Assembly (NCBI RefSeq): GCF_009914755.1
Contig: NC_060934.1
Reading direction: 5' to 3' (one strand)
Length of the DNA stretch: 64,000 nucleotides
Source of the DNA: the human T2T-CHM13v2.0 reference genome, Homo sapiens
Made by a program: the position numbers and the translations under genes. Below are positions 12,215 to 25,621 of this stretch, in pieces (within the stretch, counting starts at the first letter, position 1; each line of letters begins with the position of its first letter). Below the pieces are notes generated by a model. That model was not told the origin of the DNA and ran no database searches. It worked only from the letters and a program-made list of their open reading frames with translations.

Positions 12215-13215
12215 GAAAAATATTTTTAATATGTGTCTCCTGAGAACAAGAACACTTTGCTATATGGCTACAACACAATTATTGAACCCGAGAAATTTAA
12301 AATGGATTCTAGGCTGTTTCAGTAGACAGAGCTGGGAAAAAAAGGTGTATTTCCCTCTAATTAAAAATCTCATCTAGTTCTTCCTCACTCTCTCATGTTC
12401 TATATTCACATCTCCCTTCTCCTTTTTGATAACTTTTTAAATCAATACATTTATGAATTTTTTCTATCTTTAAATACATGCAAGTGGTTTCAGGATTATA
12501 ACACTAATATCACTACCAATAACAAACCTACTGAACAAAGTTCAAGATTTTTTGGCAGTTCTTTTGGCTCTTAAAATATGTCCCATGAAGTGTATGTAAT
12601 CAGATGGTTGTGCTAAAACATTATGTGAATTATTTTTTGTTTTCTGTGTGGCACTGATATCAAGTTGATATACAATTATATTAATTTGTTTCTTTTTACA
12701 TTACATTTTAGGATTTTCTATCTCGTTTAATTTTGAAAATGAAAAACAGCTGCACGTTTCAAGTCAAAACTACACAAAAGATGTATTCAGAGAAGTCTCT
12801 CTGCCATCTTTTTTCTTTCTACCTCCATTTCTACCCTTCCCATAGATAACTTTTTATTAGGTTCTAGGTAATCTTTATGTTTATGATAAATGAAGTAAAT
12901 ATGGGTCTATTCTTCCCCTTCATTCTCATGCAAGAAGTAGCATGCTAAATAATTCTTTGGAACTTTGATTTTGAAAATTAACAATACATCCTGGAAGTTA
13001 TTGCATATCACTCTATAGAAAGTGTTCTCATTCTTTCTGTTAATGGCTACACATTACTCTGGTGTGTGGACATACCACAAGTACATGACTCATCTACAGT
13101 TGGCCATTTGGACTGTTTCTAACAAACAACTCAGCAATGAATAACTTCTGCATATGCTGTTTCTTATTTGTAGAGGTGGTTTCTCAAGGTAAATTCTAGA
13201 AGGGGGATTTCTGGG
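12215..13215 (-). mobile_element. Old L1 (L1MC/L1ME) 3' region
   Basis: ctcctgagaacaagaacactttgctatat...gaaatttaa, agtagacagagctgggaaa, ggccatttggactgtttc...taaattctagaag. Confidence 0.6.
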
Positions 13216-14724
13216 TAATAAATTAGCCACTTGCATTCTGAGTCAGTTTGAAACAGAGAAGTCAGGCAGATGGAGAGGAAAATGTCGGCTTTCTTACCCC
13301 TAGATCATTTGGAAAAGGTGGCTCAGATGCTTCCTATACTAAATCCCTGGAGCAGTCTTAACCACCCAGTGCAGGCCATTCTAGAAAACTGTGGGCAGAC
13401 TCTCAATGGGCAGAGCCACTACTGCTAAGCTTATGGCCTTGCCCATGGGAGACCAAAGTGCTTCCACTCTGCAGGAAGGCAGATGCCAAGGGATAGCAAA
13501 GAGATGGAGCCATGATGTATAAGTATCCCAACTCCACCAGTCAGAGAAATCTCTCCTCCTCCCATGGGGAGAAAAAAGTAAGGGGCAGAGAGAGGCCAGG
13601 AGTGTTACTCTAACTTATGTCCCTCTATGTGGAAACATGAAGATGAAGGAAAATGTTCCCCCTTTCCTCAAAGCCCTGTAGCTACTAGCATCAGGCTCTT
13701 TAGTGGACTCTGGTGGAGTGGGTGAGGGCTAGGAACATCTGAAGAGTGAATAAAAATGAAAGAGTAAAACCTAGAAACCTTGGAGACTGTGAATCACATA
13801 TTCAGTTGAATGGCCTAAAAAACTGTACCAGATTCCCTCTGCTTGGTATAATTTAAAATTAAAATTAAGTTTAAAAAATAATTTAAAATGTAAATTAAAA
13901 ATTCTGGGACCTCTTTGCCATGATAGAACATGTAGGGAGGGGATGGGATGCGCCGTGTGGACACGGCTGTGCTGGAGGTTGTGTTCGCTGCTCTCACACC
14001 ATGTGGTTAGTGGGATGTCAGGGAGTATCATTGTGTTATACATTTGGTTCTGCTGAAAATGACCTATTTTTATTTTTACTATAGTCATACCACTATAGGT
14101 GGGGTGACCATAAGAGACGGAGAGGCGCATATCATTCTTCTCATCTATAAAGTGTCGTGGAGGCATTTGGATTAGGAGGGGTGCATTTTTTATTTAAATT
14201 TTCCAGAGTCTGTTTGACCAATAGCTATGCTTTTAAATGCTTTGTGTAAAAGGAGAGCAGTGCGTTGAGTTGTCAATCTGGTAAATTTAAGAACATCAGA
14301 CTCAAAAAAAATTAAAGAAAATATTTCCATGTTTCTCTTAGAATATTAAAAATTAAACATGTTCAATCACGTTTCACTGCAAGCATAAAGAATTTATACT
14401 CAGAACCTGATGGGAAGATTTTGGATTTCTGTGAAGTTTCATTTATTTTGAAATGTATAATTTTTTTTCTACTTACATTGTGATAGTTGAAACCCTAGAG
14501 AAATGTTTAATAGAGAAGGTGTGAATTCTTCACAGTCTTAGACCTCAGAGATAATCTTTTATATATTTTGGTATAGAGCTTTCCAGTATTTTCCCCTTTC
14601 TATCTCTGTGATAGCATGTTTTGCACTTTGTGCAGGGAAAATTCAATTATATTGTATTGCAACTCATTTTTTTTTCAGTCACCATATCCTGGATACTTTT
14701 GTAGCAGATATACACAGTCTATGA

Positions 14725-15180
14725 GCCTAGACCACCTCCCTTCTCCCTGAAGCTCCCTTGCATGCTCCCTGTCCTAACTTACATCGGTGCTAGGCGACTC
14801 CTTATGTTTTTATATAACCTCCCCCGCAGAAAGAGTTGACTGGTTCAAGCTGTGTGAGTCAACATCTTTCCCTGGCATATTAGAAACCGAAATGAGAGGA
14901 ATATGTTTCCCTTTGAAGATGATATGAGGATATTTGGCTTAGGTACTCTCAATAGGGAGGAAGCCAACATAAAGCCAATGGCAGAAACACAAAGTGGGTG
15001 CTGGCAAGGTGAGTCCCAGTAGCGTCTTAGCCGCTGGATTGAGCTGTTCTTTTCTCAGTTTGGTTGATCAGTCACATTCTACTTCCTTAATTTGGAGGAG
15101 CCAGTAGCTTTTCTTTTTTTCCTCCTAACCTAGTTTGAATTATATTTCTTGCTGGTTATATTCAAAAGAGTATTAATACA
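14725..15180 (+). mobile_element. Ancient ERVL-class LTR (LTR16/LTR33-like)
   Basis: The 3' end cctagtttgaatt...caaaagagtattaataca is typical of this family. The left boundary is uncertain. Confidence 0.5.
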
Positions 15181-15189
15181 TCTTGCTAT

Positions 15190-15600
15190 GCTAATGTATC
15201 AATATTGTCCATTTTTATTGGGTGGCTTATAGTTTATTAATATGTGAACTCGTATTTTAAAACTCTTCTATTTATAATCATTTGCATTATTTTGAAGCTT
15301 TGACTTTAGACAACGCGGCAATGAGCATTCTTTTATATTTGCACAGCTGTTGAATATCTCTAGGGAAAAATCATAGCAGAAAAACAGAAAAGGCTTAGAT
15401 GTTTTAAATTTTAGTAGATTATATCCAACTACTGTCTCCCAAATTGTACCAATATTTCCCAAGATAGTGGCAGATAGTGTGGATATCCTTACAGCTAGAT
15501 GTTGCCAATAGTTTAAATCTTTGCAAATGCAATAGGAGAACAATAATTTCTAGTTTTAACTTGCATTTTAAAATTATTCCTGTGCAGGAGCACCTTTAAT
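15190..15600 (-). mobile_element. Old L1M fragment
   Basis: gcaatgagcattctttt..., tttagtagattatatccaact...ccaaattgtaccaat, gttttaacttgcattt. Confidence 0.55.
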
Positions 15601-15614
15601 ATATTTATTACATG

Positions 15615-18600
15615 CTGTAGGACAAAGATGAGTATTACACTGGAGTTCTTGTTGGAAATAATACAAATCAGATGAGAGTGGAACACTATGTGAAAAATGC
15701 TAAAAGAAAAACTATCAACTGAGAATTCTACACCTACTGAAACCATTCTTCAAAAATGGAGGTGAAATAAAGGCTTTTGTTGACATAAGAAAGTTGAAAG
15801 AATTCATTATCCTCAGAGCTCTACTATCAGAAATGCTGCAGAAAGTCCTATGGGAAGAAGGAAAATGACAGCAGAGGGAAATCTGGATCTACACAAAGGA
15901 ATGAAGAGCCCCCCCTAAAAGTAACTGCATAGATAGGTATAAAATACTTTGAAAAATTAATTATTCATATCTCTTTAGAAGATACTTGTGGGCTTTCCTG
16001 ATATCTATTATTGTTTCTAAACAATAAATTGTTTAAAGCAAAAAATAATAATTACATTGTGGGATTCTAACATGTAGAATTAAAATATATGACAATAATC
16101 ATACAAATGTCATAAATATGATAATAGTACAAATGTCATAAAAGAGGAAATAGAAATATACTATTATAAGATTCTTATGCTATATGCAAAGCAGTATAAT
16201 ATCATTTGAACACAGACTGTGATGAGTAAAACATGCATACCATATGCCCTGGAGCAATCTCTAAAATGATGTCAAAAGGATTAGAGCTAAAAAGCCAACA
16301 AAGCGGAAAAATTGGAGCCGTAAAAATACTCCATTAGTTCAAAAGAAGACAGGAAAAAAGGAGCAAAGAACAGATGTGACAGAAAATAAATGGCAAGATA
16401 ATAGATTTAAACTAAGCGATATCAATAGTCACATTACATGTTCTTAGTCTAAACACTAATCAAAAAGCAGAGAATGTCATATTGGATAAAAATGGAAGAT
16501 CAAGCTATATGGAAACTCACTTTAAATACAAATATATGTTAGTAAAAGAATGAGAATATATATAATGTTAATATTAATCAAAAGAAAGTTAAAGTGGTAA
16601 TATTATATCACATAAATTAGATTTTATAGCAAAGAATATTACCAGGGATGAAAAGGACAATTTCATAATGATAAAATTGAGAGAACATAACAATCCTAAA
16701 TAATTATGCAATTAATAACAGATTTTCGAATTATCTGAAGCAACAACTGAAATAATTACAAGGAGAAAGAGATATTTACACGATTGCAATCACAGATTTA
16801 AAAACCATTCTATTAATAACCAGTAGAATAAGTAGACAGAAAATTAAGTGGAATATGAATTACTTGAACAACACTATCAGCCAACTGGACTTAATCAACA
16901 TCTATAGAATACTTAATCAGACAAAAGTAGAATACACATTCTTGTCAAGGGTATACAGAACATTTACCAAAATAGACTAAATTCTAGACCATAACATAAG
17001 TCTGAATAAATTTTAAAGGACTCATAAAATATGGTTTCTGAATGTAATGGAATTATGTTAGAAACAATAATAGAAAGATATCAGGAAAGTCCACAAGTAT
17101 CTGGAAACTAAATAAACCCCATCTGAAAAACTCATGTATCAAAAAAGAAATTTATACTTTAAATTGAATAAAAATATAAATGCAACATATCATTATCAGT
17201 GGGATGCAGCTAAAACAGTATTTGGAGGAACGTCTATAGCACTAAATAGCCTATAGTAAAAAGAAGAAAGATTTCAACTAAGTGCTATAAATTTCCAACT
17301 TAAGAAACTAGAAAAATAGCAGCAAATTAAACCCAGAGTAAGTTTATGACGTGAAATAATAAGGATCAGAACAGAACTCAATTAAATAGGAAAAATTAAG
17401 AAAAACAATATAACACAAATTTCATTCTTTAAGAAGATTAATAAAATTGATAAACCTCTAGTCAGACTGGTCAGGAATAAAACATAGGAGGTAAAAATGA
17501 TCAATATTCAGAAAATTAGAGAGGTGACATTACTTCTAATTCTACAGATACTAAAAGGATAACATGGAAATATTTGAATGACTTTAAGCCAATAAATTTG
17601 ATGATTTAAGTGAAATGGGAAAATTTCTTGAATGGCCAAAACTCTCAAATCTCACTCAGAAAGAAACTGAATTTGAATAGCTCTATATCTATCTAACGAT
17701 TTGAATTTATAGTTAAAAGCCTTCCCACAAAGCAAACCCAGGCCAAATGTCTTCGCTGGTGAATTCTCCCAAACATTTAAGGAAGAAATAATGTCACAGC
17801 TATGCAAACACTTCCAGAAAATTAAACAGGATAAAATACTTTCCAACTCTGTAATTTCCAAAATACTTACAGACTAATGTGTCTTATGAAAAATAGATGC
17901 AAAAATTCTCAACAAAATGTTAGCAATTTGAATTCAACAATATATAATTAGGATAGTACAGCATGACCAAGTAAGGTTTGGTTTGGAGATGCAAGGTTGA
18001 TTTTACATTTGAGAACAAATTGATGTAATTTACCATATTAACAGACTAAAAAAGAAAAAGCCCTAAGAGCTCAATAGATGCAGAAAAAACATTTGAAAAA
18101 AATTCAACATTCATTACTGTTAGAAACTTTCAGCAAATTAGGAACAGAAGAGACCTTCTTCAAGTTGATAAAAGTCATTTACCAAAAACCCATAGCCAAC
18201 ATCATATTTAATCATGAAATATCAAATGCAGTATTCCTCAGATAAGAAACAAAACAAGAATGCCTGTTTTTTTACCACTTCTATTCAACTGGCCAGTTGA
18301 TAAGGCACACTTTCTCTCTCTTACCCCTGCCAAAAAAAAGGGCATCCAGACTGGAATGAAAGAGGTAAAATTATCTTTATTCGCTCATGACATATTTATG
18401 TAGAAAAATTGATGGCATCTGCAAACATATTTTTAGCACTAATAAGTGAGGCTGGCAAGGTTGCAGGATACAAGATCAACATACAGAAAAAAATTGTAGT
18501 ACTATAAACTAGCAACAAACAGAAATTTAAAGGAAAACAGTGCCATTTTCAATAGTATACAAATATGAAATACTTCGGGATAAATCTGACAAAAATGTAT

Positions 18601-20722
18601 AAGATCTGTACAATAAAAACCATGCTGAGAGAAATTATAAAAGACATAAATAAATGGAAATTTTACTGTGTTCACATAATAATTTTGAGAAGAACCAATA
18701 TTATTCAGATGTCAGTTATTCCCCAAGTGACCTAGAGTTAATGCAATTGCAATTAAAACTCCATTAGGCATTTGTGTTTTTTTGGTAGACCTTGATAACT
18801 TGATTCAACACAATCCCAATTAAAATGTCAGTAGGCTTTTTTTCCCTAGAACTAATGTGTGGGCCTCAAATTCATTCAGAGATGCAAGATATCTACTATA
18901 ATTAAAACAGCATTATTATATTAAAGAAAATAGTTGGAGGACTTATACTACCTGAGTTCAAGACTTATATTAAAGCTATAGTAATTAAGACAGTATGATA
19001 TTGGCATCAAAATGGACAAGTAGTCAATGCAACAGAGTCCAGTAATGACCCAGGTACATGTAGTTAATTTATTTTTGACAAAGGTATAAAGGCAATTAAG
19101 TCTAGGAAAGACATTCTTTTTCAACAAATGCTATTGAAATAATTGTAACTTCTATTTTAAAAATTAATTTTTATTCCTATCTTATACCTGTATAAAATTA
19201 ACTCAATATGTATCATAGGTCTAAATGTAAAAGTTTAAATTTTAAATTATAAAACTTCTAGAAGAATATATAGGAGAAAATATTTGTGACCTTGGATAGG
19301 GCAAGAATTTCTTAGAAATGATACCAAAAGCACAGTTCATTAAAAAAGATAAATTAGACTTTGTCAAAATTAAGACCATCTGCTCTTTGGTAGATACTCA
19401 AGAGAGTGAAAATACAAGCTACTGATTGAGAAAATATTTGCAAATAAATACATCTGATAAAAGATATATGTCCAGGATATGTTATTAAAACTAATAAAAC
19501 TCAATAACAACAACAAAAATGTCTGATAAAAAATGGGCAAAAGATTTGAATAGATATTTCACTGAAGAAAATATATGAATGGCAAATAGGCATATGAATA
19601 GACTCTTAACATTATTATCACTCAGTTAAATGCAAATTAAAGCTACAATGAGATGCTAATATCCAAAGATTTTTTTTAAAACCGATCTTATCAAATGTTG
19701 GCAAGGATGTAGAGCAACTGGAACTCTGATACACTGTTGTCAAGAATGTGAAATGGTACAACTACTTTGGAAAATAGTTTAGTAATTCCTTAAAAGTTAA
19801 TCATATACTTGTGATCCAGGAATTTCCCCAAGGGAAATGAAAACATCTGTTCATACAAAGGCTTGTACGCAAATATTTATAGCAACTTTATTTGTCACAG
19901 CCGAAAGCCAGAAACAATCAATGACAATTAACAGATAAGTGAATAATTATGATATATTCATATAATGGAATAAGAGTCACCAACACAAGTAATGAACTAT
20001 TGATGTATGAAACAACATGAATGAATCTCAAAATAATTAGGCTGAGTGATAGAAGCTCGACAAAAAAATTAGCATGATACTTTGTCTTTGTTTCTGCTGC
20101 CTTAACAAAAATACCATAAACTGGGTAGTTTATAAATAGCAGAAATTTCTTACAGTTCTGAAGGCTAGAAGTCTCAGATCAGGGTGCCAGTGTCATAGGG
20201 CTCTTGTGAGGGCCCCATTCCAGATTGCAGACTGCTGGCTTCTCACTGTAACCTCACAGAATGGAAGGGATGAGTTAGCTCTCTGGGGTCTCTTGTATAA
20301 TGGGTGCTGATCCCATTAATTAGGTCTCTGCTTCATGACCTTGTCGGCTCTCAAAGGCTCTACCTCCTAATACCATCAACTTGGAGGTTAGGATTTCAAC
20401 ATACGAATTTGGGAGTGGGGGCGCACAAACATTCAATCCATAGCAGTATGAGTCTCTTCATATAAATTTCTAGAAAATGAAAACTAATCTGTAGTAACAG
20501 AAAGCAGATCAGTGGCTTGAGGGAGTGTGGGTGAGTAGGGGATGGCAGATGGAGCAGAATAGAGGGAGGGATTATAAACGGATACAAGGAACCTTTTGCC
20601 ATGTGGGATAGATAAATTATCTCGATTGCATTGTTGGTTTCATGGGGTATACAAAGCTTATGAAAATGAACTTTTTAAGTATGTGTGGTTTATTGTATGT
20701 CTTATACCTCAGTAGAAAGGTT
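15615..20722 (+). mobile_element. Long decayed L1 (L1ME1-like): ORF1 end, ORF2 and 3'UTR, interrupted by MLT1A
   Basis: Continuous A-rich L1 ORF2 homology (tcaatagatgcagaaaaaacatttga, ggttgcaggatacaagatcaacatac, aaatgggcaaaagatttgaatag). L1ME-type 3'UTR (aaactaatctgtagtaacagaaagcagatcagtgg). Confidence 0.9.
20083..20445 (-). mobile_element. MLT1A-type MaLR LTR
   Basis: ctgctgccttaacaaaaataccataaactggg...aaacattcaatccatagca. Confidence 0.85.
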
Positions 20723-20754
20723 CACAGAAATGATGCCAAAGAAACCATCATTCA

Positions 20755-21022
20755 CCATTGGTGCAGTGCTCTAGAACATGGGCATTGGAGGTGGACATGC
20801 CTGGGTTCAAACCCAATCCTGCACCTTGGACACTACTTTTTTCTGTAAGTCTCTTTCTTCATTATAGAGGCTCAGACTGTTGAATTAATATTATATTCTG
20901 CATACAAAATGGGGATAATAATGCCTCTCCAACAGGGTTGTGGTGAGGATCAGATGCACTAACATGTATAAATTGTGTGCATCATAGTAACTACTCAATC
21001 ATCAGTCCTTTTTATTATTATT
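20755..21022 (+). mobile_element. MIR SINE
   Basis: gcctgggttcaaaccc...aaaatggggataataat...agggttgtggtgaggat. Confidence 0.75.
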
Positions 21023-22189
21023 AGCACATATTTGGAAAATGAAGGGATAGTTCTTATGAAATGTGCTTTTGGCTCAATGGGAGACTAGTTCAGTGTGTCA
21101 GATGCAAATGAAAAGACCCATGAGGTTGGTTTCTCACTTTAAGTGATCTTGCCACATTCTGAAATTGAGCCTCCTCACTTCTGCTCAGCAACAAGAATGC
21201 AAATGTGCCCTGAAGCCTTGTTTGCAGAAAATATGACATTATTCTTACACCAGGCAGGAACCATTCCCTTTGGAATCTCTGCATTGCTGCATCTGTCTCT
21301 AAGATTTCAGGAACAAGCATCTCTCTGTGGTTAATTCCAGTCAGTTGAAAATAAGGCCAGCTTCTAGAGACTAGGCTGGGGACCACGATTCCCCCATTGC
21401 ACTAATCCTGCCTTGTTCCAAAAGCAACTTCCTGTAAGAATGGGTTTGTCGATTTGTGAAAGCATTTAATACAGAGAGATGCCTATTAGTTTAAGCCTGA
21501 CTTACTGAGTCCTCGTGAAGCCTGCCTGTACTTTTACAAAAGTTTTAGAAATTACAGTGCTCGGGATGGTGCTTTGACGTTGTGCTGGATTTGTAGGAAT
21601 GATGGTAACATCATTGAATAATATTTATCTTGGGTATGTTGTAATCAGATTTTGATCCTAATGCCAAACTGCTATAGAGGAGGGGGTAAACCCTTATTGT
21701 TTTTATGACTGATGGGGCTATCTTTGCATTGTTGTTTACAAATTGTTCTATAATATAATGCCTTCAATCAGAGTATTTTTAAGAGAAATCAGCAGAATTT
21801 TGTAATACCCCCATCAATTGGCACTTTTGTGTTATTTTTCACAGATAATTGAGCCAGTGGCACATATGAGAGACTTCTTAGTCCACATCAAGGTGGCAAT
21901 GATTTGACTGTGTCAGTTACAAGGAGACTTTGTGCTCTCTGGGATGACTAGGCTGAGGGCCCTGTGAGAATAAGAACTAAGCTTGACTGTTTATGATCAT
22001 ATCCATAGCAACAAGCCCAGAGCTTGCCTCTTTCTCAGCACTAAATCAATATCTGTTCAGTGGCTGATTGATTGCTGAAGAGTGCTACTCTCTCTCAACT
22101 ATTAGAAAAAACCCCTATCTCTGTATCATCTGTCTGTCCACCCATCTATTATACTCCTTCCTCTCTTAAAAATACTTTTCCTGTATTCA

Positions 22190-22345
22190 TAAATTTAATT
22201 CTAATAACTCTATGAGAGAGACTATTATTATCCACTTTTTACAGACAAGGAAACTGAGACACAGAGAGGTTAAGCAATTGCCTGAGGTCCCACAGCTGGC
22301 GAGTTATGGAGCTTGTGTAACCTTATTTTCTATGCCTTAATCACA
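22190..22345 (-). mobile_element. MIR SINE
   Basis: attatatccactttttacagacaaggaaactgagacacagagaggttaag (MIR core). Confidence 0.8.
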
Positions 22346-22498
22346 TGATTTTTACAAGGACAGCCTGTTCTGTAAGTCCAGGTCTTTTCAATGTGGGAAA
22401 AATTGGAAAAGGATAGATTTTATCTTTTGTACTTTTCCTAACCTTATGATTCTAATCCAAGTTGAAGACAGAAATGGTGAAGGCCCAAATAAATTCAA

Positions 22499-22775
22499 CT
22501 GTGTGTGTATGCGTGTGTGTATATATGCATGTGTGCTTGTGTGTGTATGCATGTGAATATATATGCATGTGTGTGTATACGTGTGTGTATATATGCATGT
22601 GTGCTTGTGTGTGTATGCATGTGTATATATGCATGTGTGCTTGTGTGTATACATGTGTGTATATATGCATGTGTGTATGCATGTGTGTGTATGCATGTGT
22701 GCTTGTGTGTGTATATGTGTGTGTATATATGCATGTGTGCTTGTGTGTGTATGCACAAGGGCACATGTGTGTGCC
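22499..22775. repeat. Compound (TG/TA/CA)n purine-pyrimidine repeat with a recurring tatatatgcatgtgtgcttgtgtgtg module
   Basis: Directly visible. It produces the spurious HT/CV-rich ORFs. Confidence 0.95.
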
Positions 22776-24743
22776 TTGCCTGGGCATAATGGAGAGAGGG
22801 CAGAGAGAACCAGCAACAGCAACCTCAGAATCCCAGTGAGAATTCGTAATGACTCTGTCTGGAAGCACAAGAATAAGACCTTTCTGACATTTAAAAAATT
22901 CTGTGCACGTATTTTAGGTGATGGCATTCCCCTGAAGAAGATTAAAATATGACATAGCTGAAAATTCTCTTAAAGCTGAGAAAAAGTAGTTAACATTTAA
23001 TAACAAATTTTGACCCTTGAGCGTTAAAAGTATCTATCAGTGACTATACATACTCAATCCGATTTTGCTTTTCTGTAGCATTAATCATGGTGATATTTGG
23101 ATTTTAAGGAAAAATAATTAGGAGAAAAGCAGAATTGGGGGCCCTCATCCATGTTCTACTTTCTAAAACTCCTGTGGGTAAATTTTCCTTAAGAAAGGTG
23201 GTTTGGTCTTGCTGATGGCATAATTTCAATAATGAATAATTCAGAGAAGCAGGCAGTGAGTGTTAGCTGAAGACAGGAAACGTATCTTTGAATTCCTCTT
23301 CATTTTATGGGCCTTTGGAAGCAGCCACCTATCTATACAAGGCTCTCTAAGGGAAAAATGGGCACCATTCTTAGGCTAATGGGAAATAATGGTGTGATCA
23401 GTGAAGCTCTTTTCTTGGAAGCCTGCAATAGAGCTTAGCCATCTGAACCTCTCTGCTTCACTGCTCTGGTATCTGGACTATTATCAAAGAAGGGGTATCG
23501 AAACGGTAGAATTTTACAGGGGAAATCAGCAATCCACCTGAAGCAGTGCTGGTCTCTGGTGTGTGGATCTAGAAGGAACACAAAACTGAAAACTGATAAG
23601 GTGTCATTTCATCCAGCAGACCGTGTAAGTGAAAATTTTGGCTTGCTCTGCTGTTTTCCAGTTTCTCCATGTCCAGGATGAAAATACTTTTGCCTTCTGG
23701 ATTCTGAAACTGTTATGCATCTGTGCTCGCTGGAGGAGAGCTGATGGGGGATTGTGTGTCATCAGTCAAGAGGCTTAACCATCCTCTCTATTAATTAGGG
23801 GACAGAACACTGCTTCTATTTAACTGCCCCCTACCCCAGTTGGTGCAACACCCTTTTCAAGTGTTTTCCTTGCACTTTGTTGAACACACACATAGGAGCG
23901 GATCTACCTATGCACAGGTGGATGTGTAGAAGTGAGTCAGGTGAACCAGCATCTTTCTTTCCGCATGCCCACTGCCTCCACCTTTGCTAGCAAGTCCCTG
24001 ATGACTTGGCAGGGGCTTTTGACCATGTCGTGGGTAATAGTGGGGGGACATCCTAGCTCAAACACAAACTCTCCAGCCTCCCAGAACTACAGTTGGGCAG
24101 TACCAATCATCCTGAAATACCCCTATTGCTCCATCCTTCTGACAAACCAGTGTGAGGTCTTCGGTATTTTTCAAGTCTCAATGATATATCTTTGACTTGA
24201 GGCACCATGGTAATGGAAAGCAATTTCCATTCTTCCCAGGAACAACCCCCATGCCATCTCTTCATCCACTAGTCTGGCCCAGCAGGCCAGTTTCCTTATT
24301 GACTTTATTTCTATCCCTGCTAAGCCACATCTTCCTCATATACTGAATTTCATATATCACCTAAATTGTTGGTGATTTTAATTTTCTTCTTTATGCTTTG
24401 TGTAATGTAAGAGTGTTTTCCAATAAGACATTTATAATCAGAACTTCCTCCAAATTCTCCAAATACTAACCACCAAGTACATCCTACCTGTCTTCTATGA
24501 TTTAACCCAACTTCCGTTTCCACTATGAATCATTCCCTTTCTTGGTGACCAACTGGGTTTTGTATTCCATACCTACTGTAACACCCATTTATTCATTCAT
24601 TCCTCCATTTGCAGCAATTATTTACCAAGTGCCTGCTATGAGCTGGGCCCTGTTCCAGAACACTCTTTGGCATACATTGTTTACATTTCTGCCTCTTCCC
24701 TTGTAGGTCTTGAGTTCCATGTGAAGTATACATTTTTGCAGAC

Positions 24744-25297
24744 TGTGATGGTTAATTTTGTGTTAACTTGACTGGTTTAAGAACGTCTAGATAGCTGGCA
24801 AACTATTATTTCTGGGTGTGTCTGTGAGGGCGTTTCTGGAAGAGATCAGCATTGGAATCAATAGACTGGGTGAAGGAGATCTGCCTTCAGCAACATGGGT
24901 AGGCATCATCCAGTTGGTTGGGGGCCCAGAGAGAACAAAAAGGCAGAGAAAGGGTGAACTCTCTCTCTTCCTGAGCTGCAATACCTATCTTCTGTCCTCA
25001 GAAGCTGGCACTCCTAGTTCTTGGCCTTCAGACTTTACCCCCAGATTCCTCCACAACCCCCGTGTGTTTTTCAGGCCTTTGTTCTCAGTCTGGGAGATAC
25101 ACCATCAGATCCGTTGGTTCTCAGGCCTTTGTGCTTAGATGGAATTATACCACCAGGTTTCTTAGTTCCAGCTTACAGACTGTAGGGCTTCTCAGCATTT
25201 ATAACCATGAGAGCCAATTCCCGTAATTAATAAATGTCCTCTTCTATATTGATGTATATCCTATTGGTTCTGTTTACCTAGAGAATATTGACATACA
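24744..25297 (+). mobile_element. MLT2B (ERVL) solo LTR
   Basis: tgtgatggttaattttgtg...cctattggttctgtttacctagagaatattgacataca. TSD cagac/tagac. Confidence 0.9.
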
Positions 25298-25311
25298 TAG
25301 ACTGAATCTCT

Positions 25312-25621
<310 letters not shown>

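Noticed and set aside
13771-14166. 131-aa minus-strand ATG ORF in mostly unique DNA
   Set aside because: No recognisable domain. It runs through a low-complexity AT tract with no splice or pseudogene hallmarks, and the length is compatible with chance.
22388-22952. His/Thr-rich and Cys/Val-rich ORFs up to 179 aa
   Set aside because: Translations of the (TG/TA)n repeat in multiple frames.
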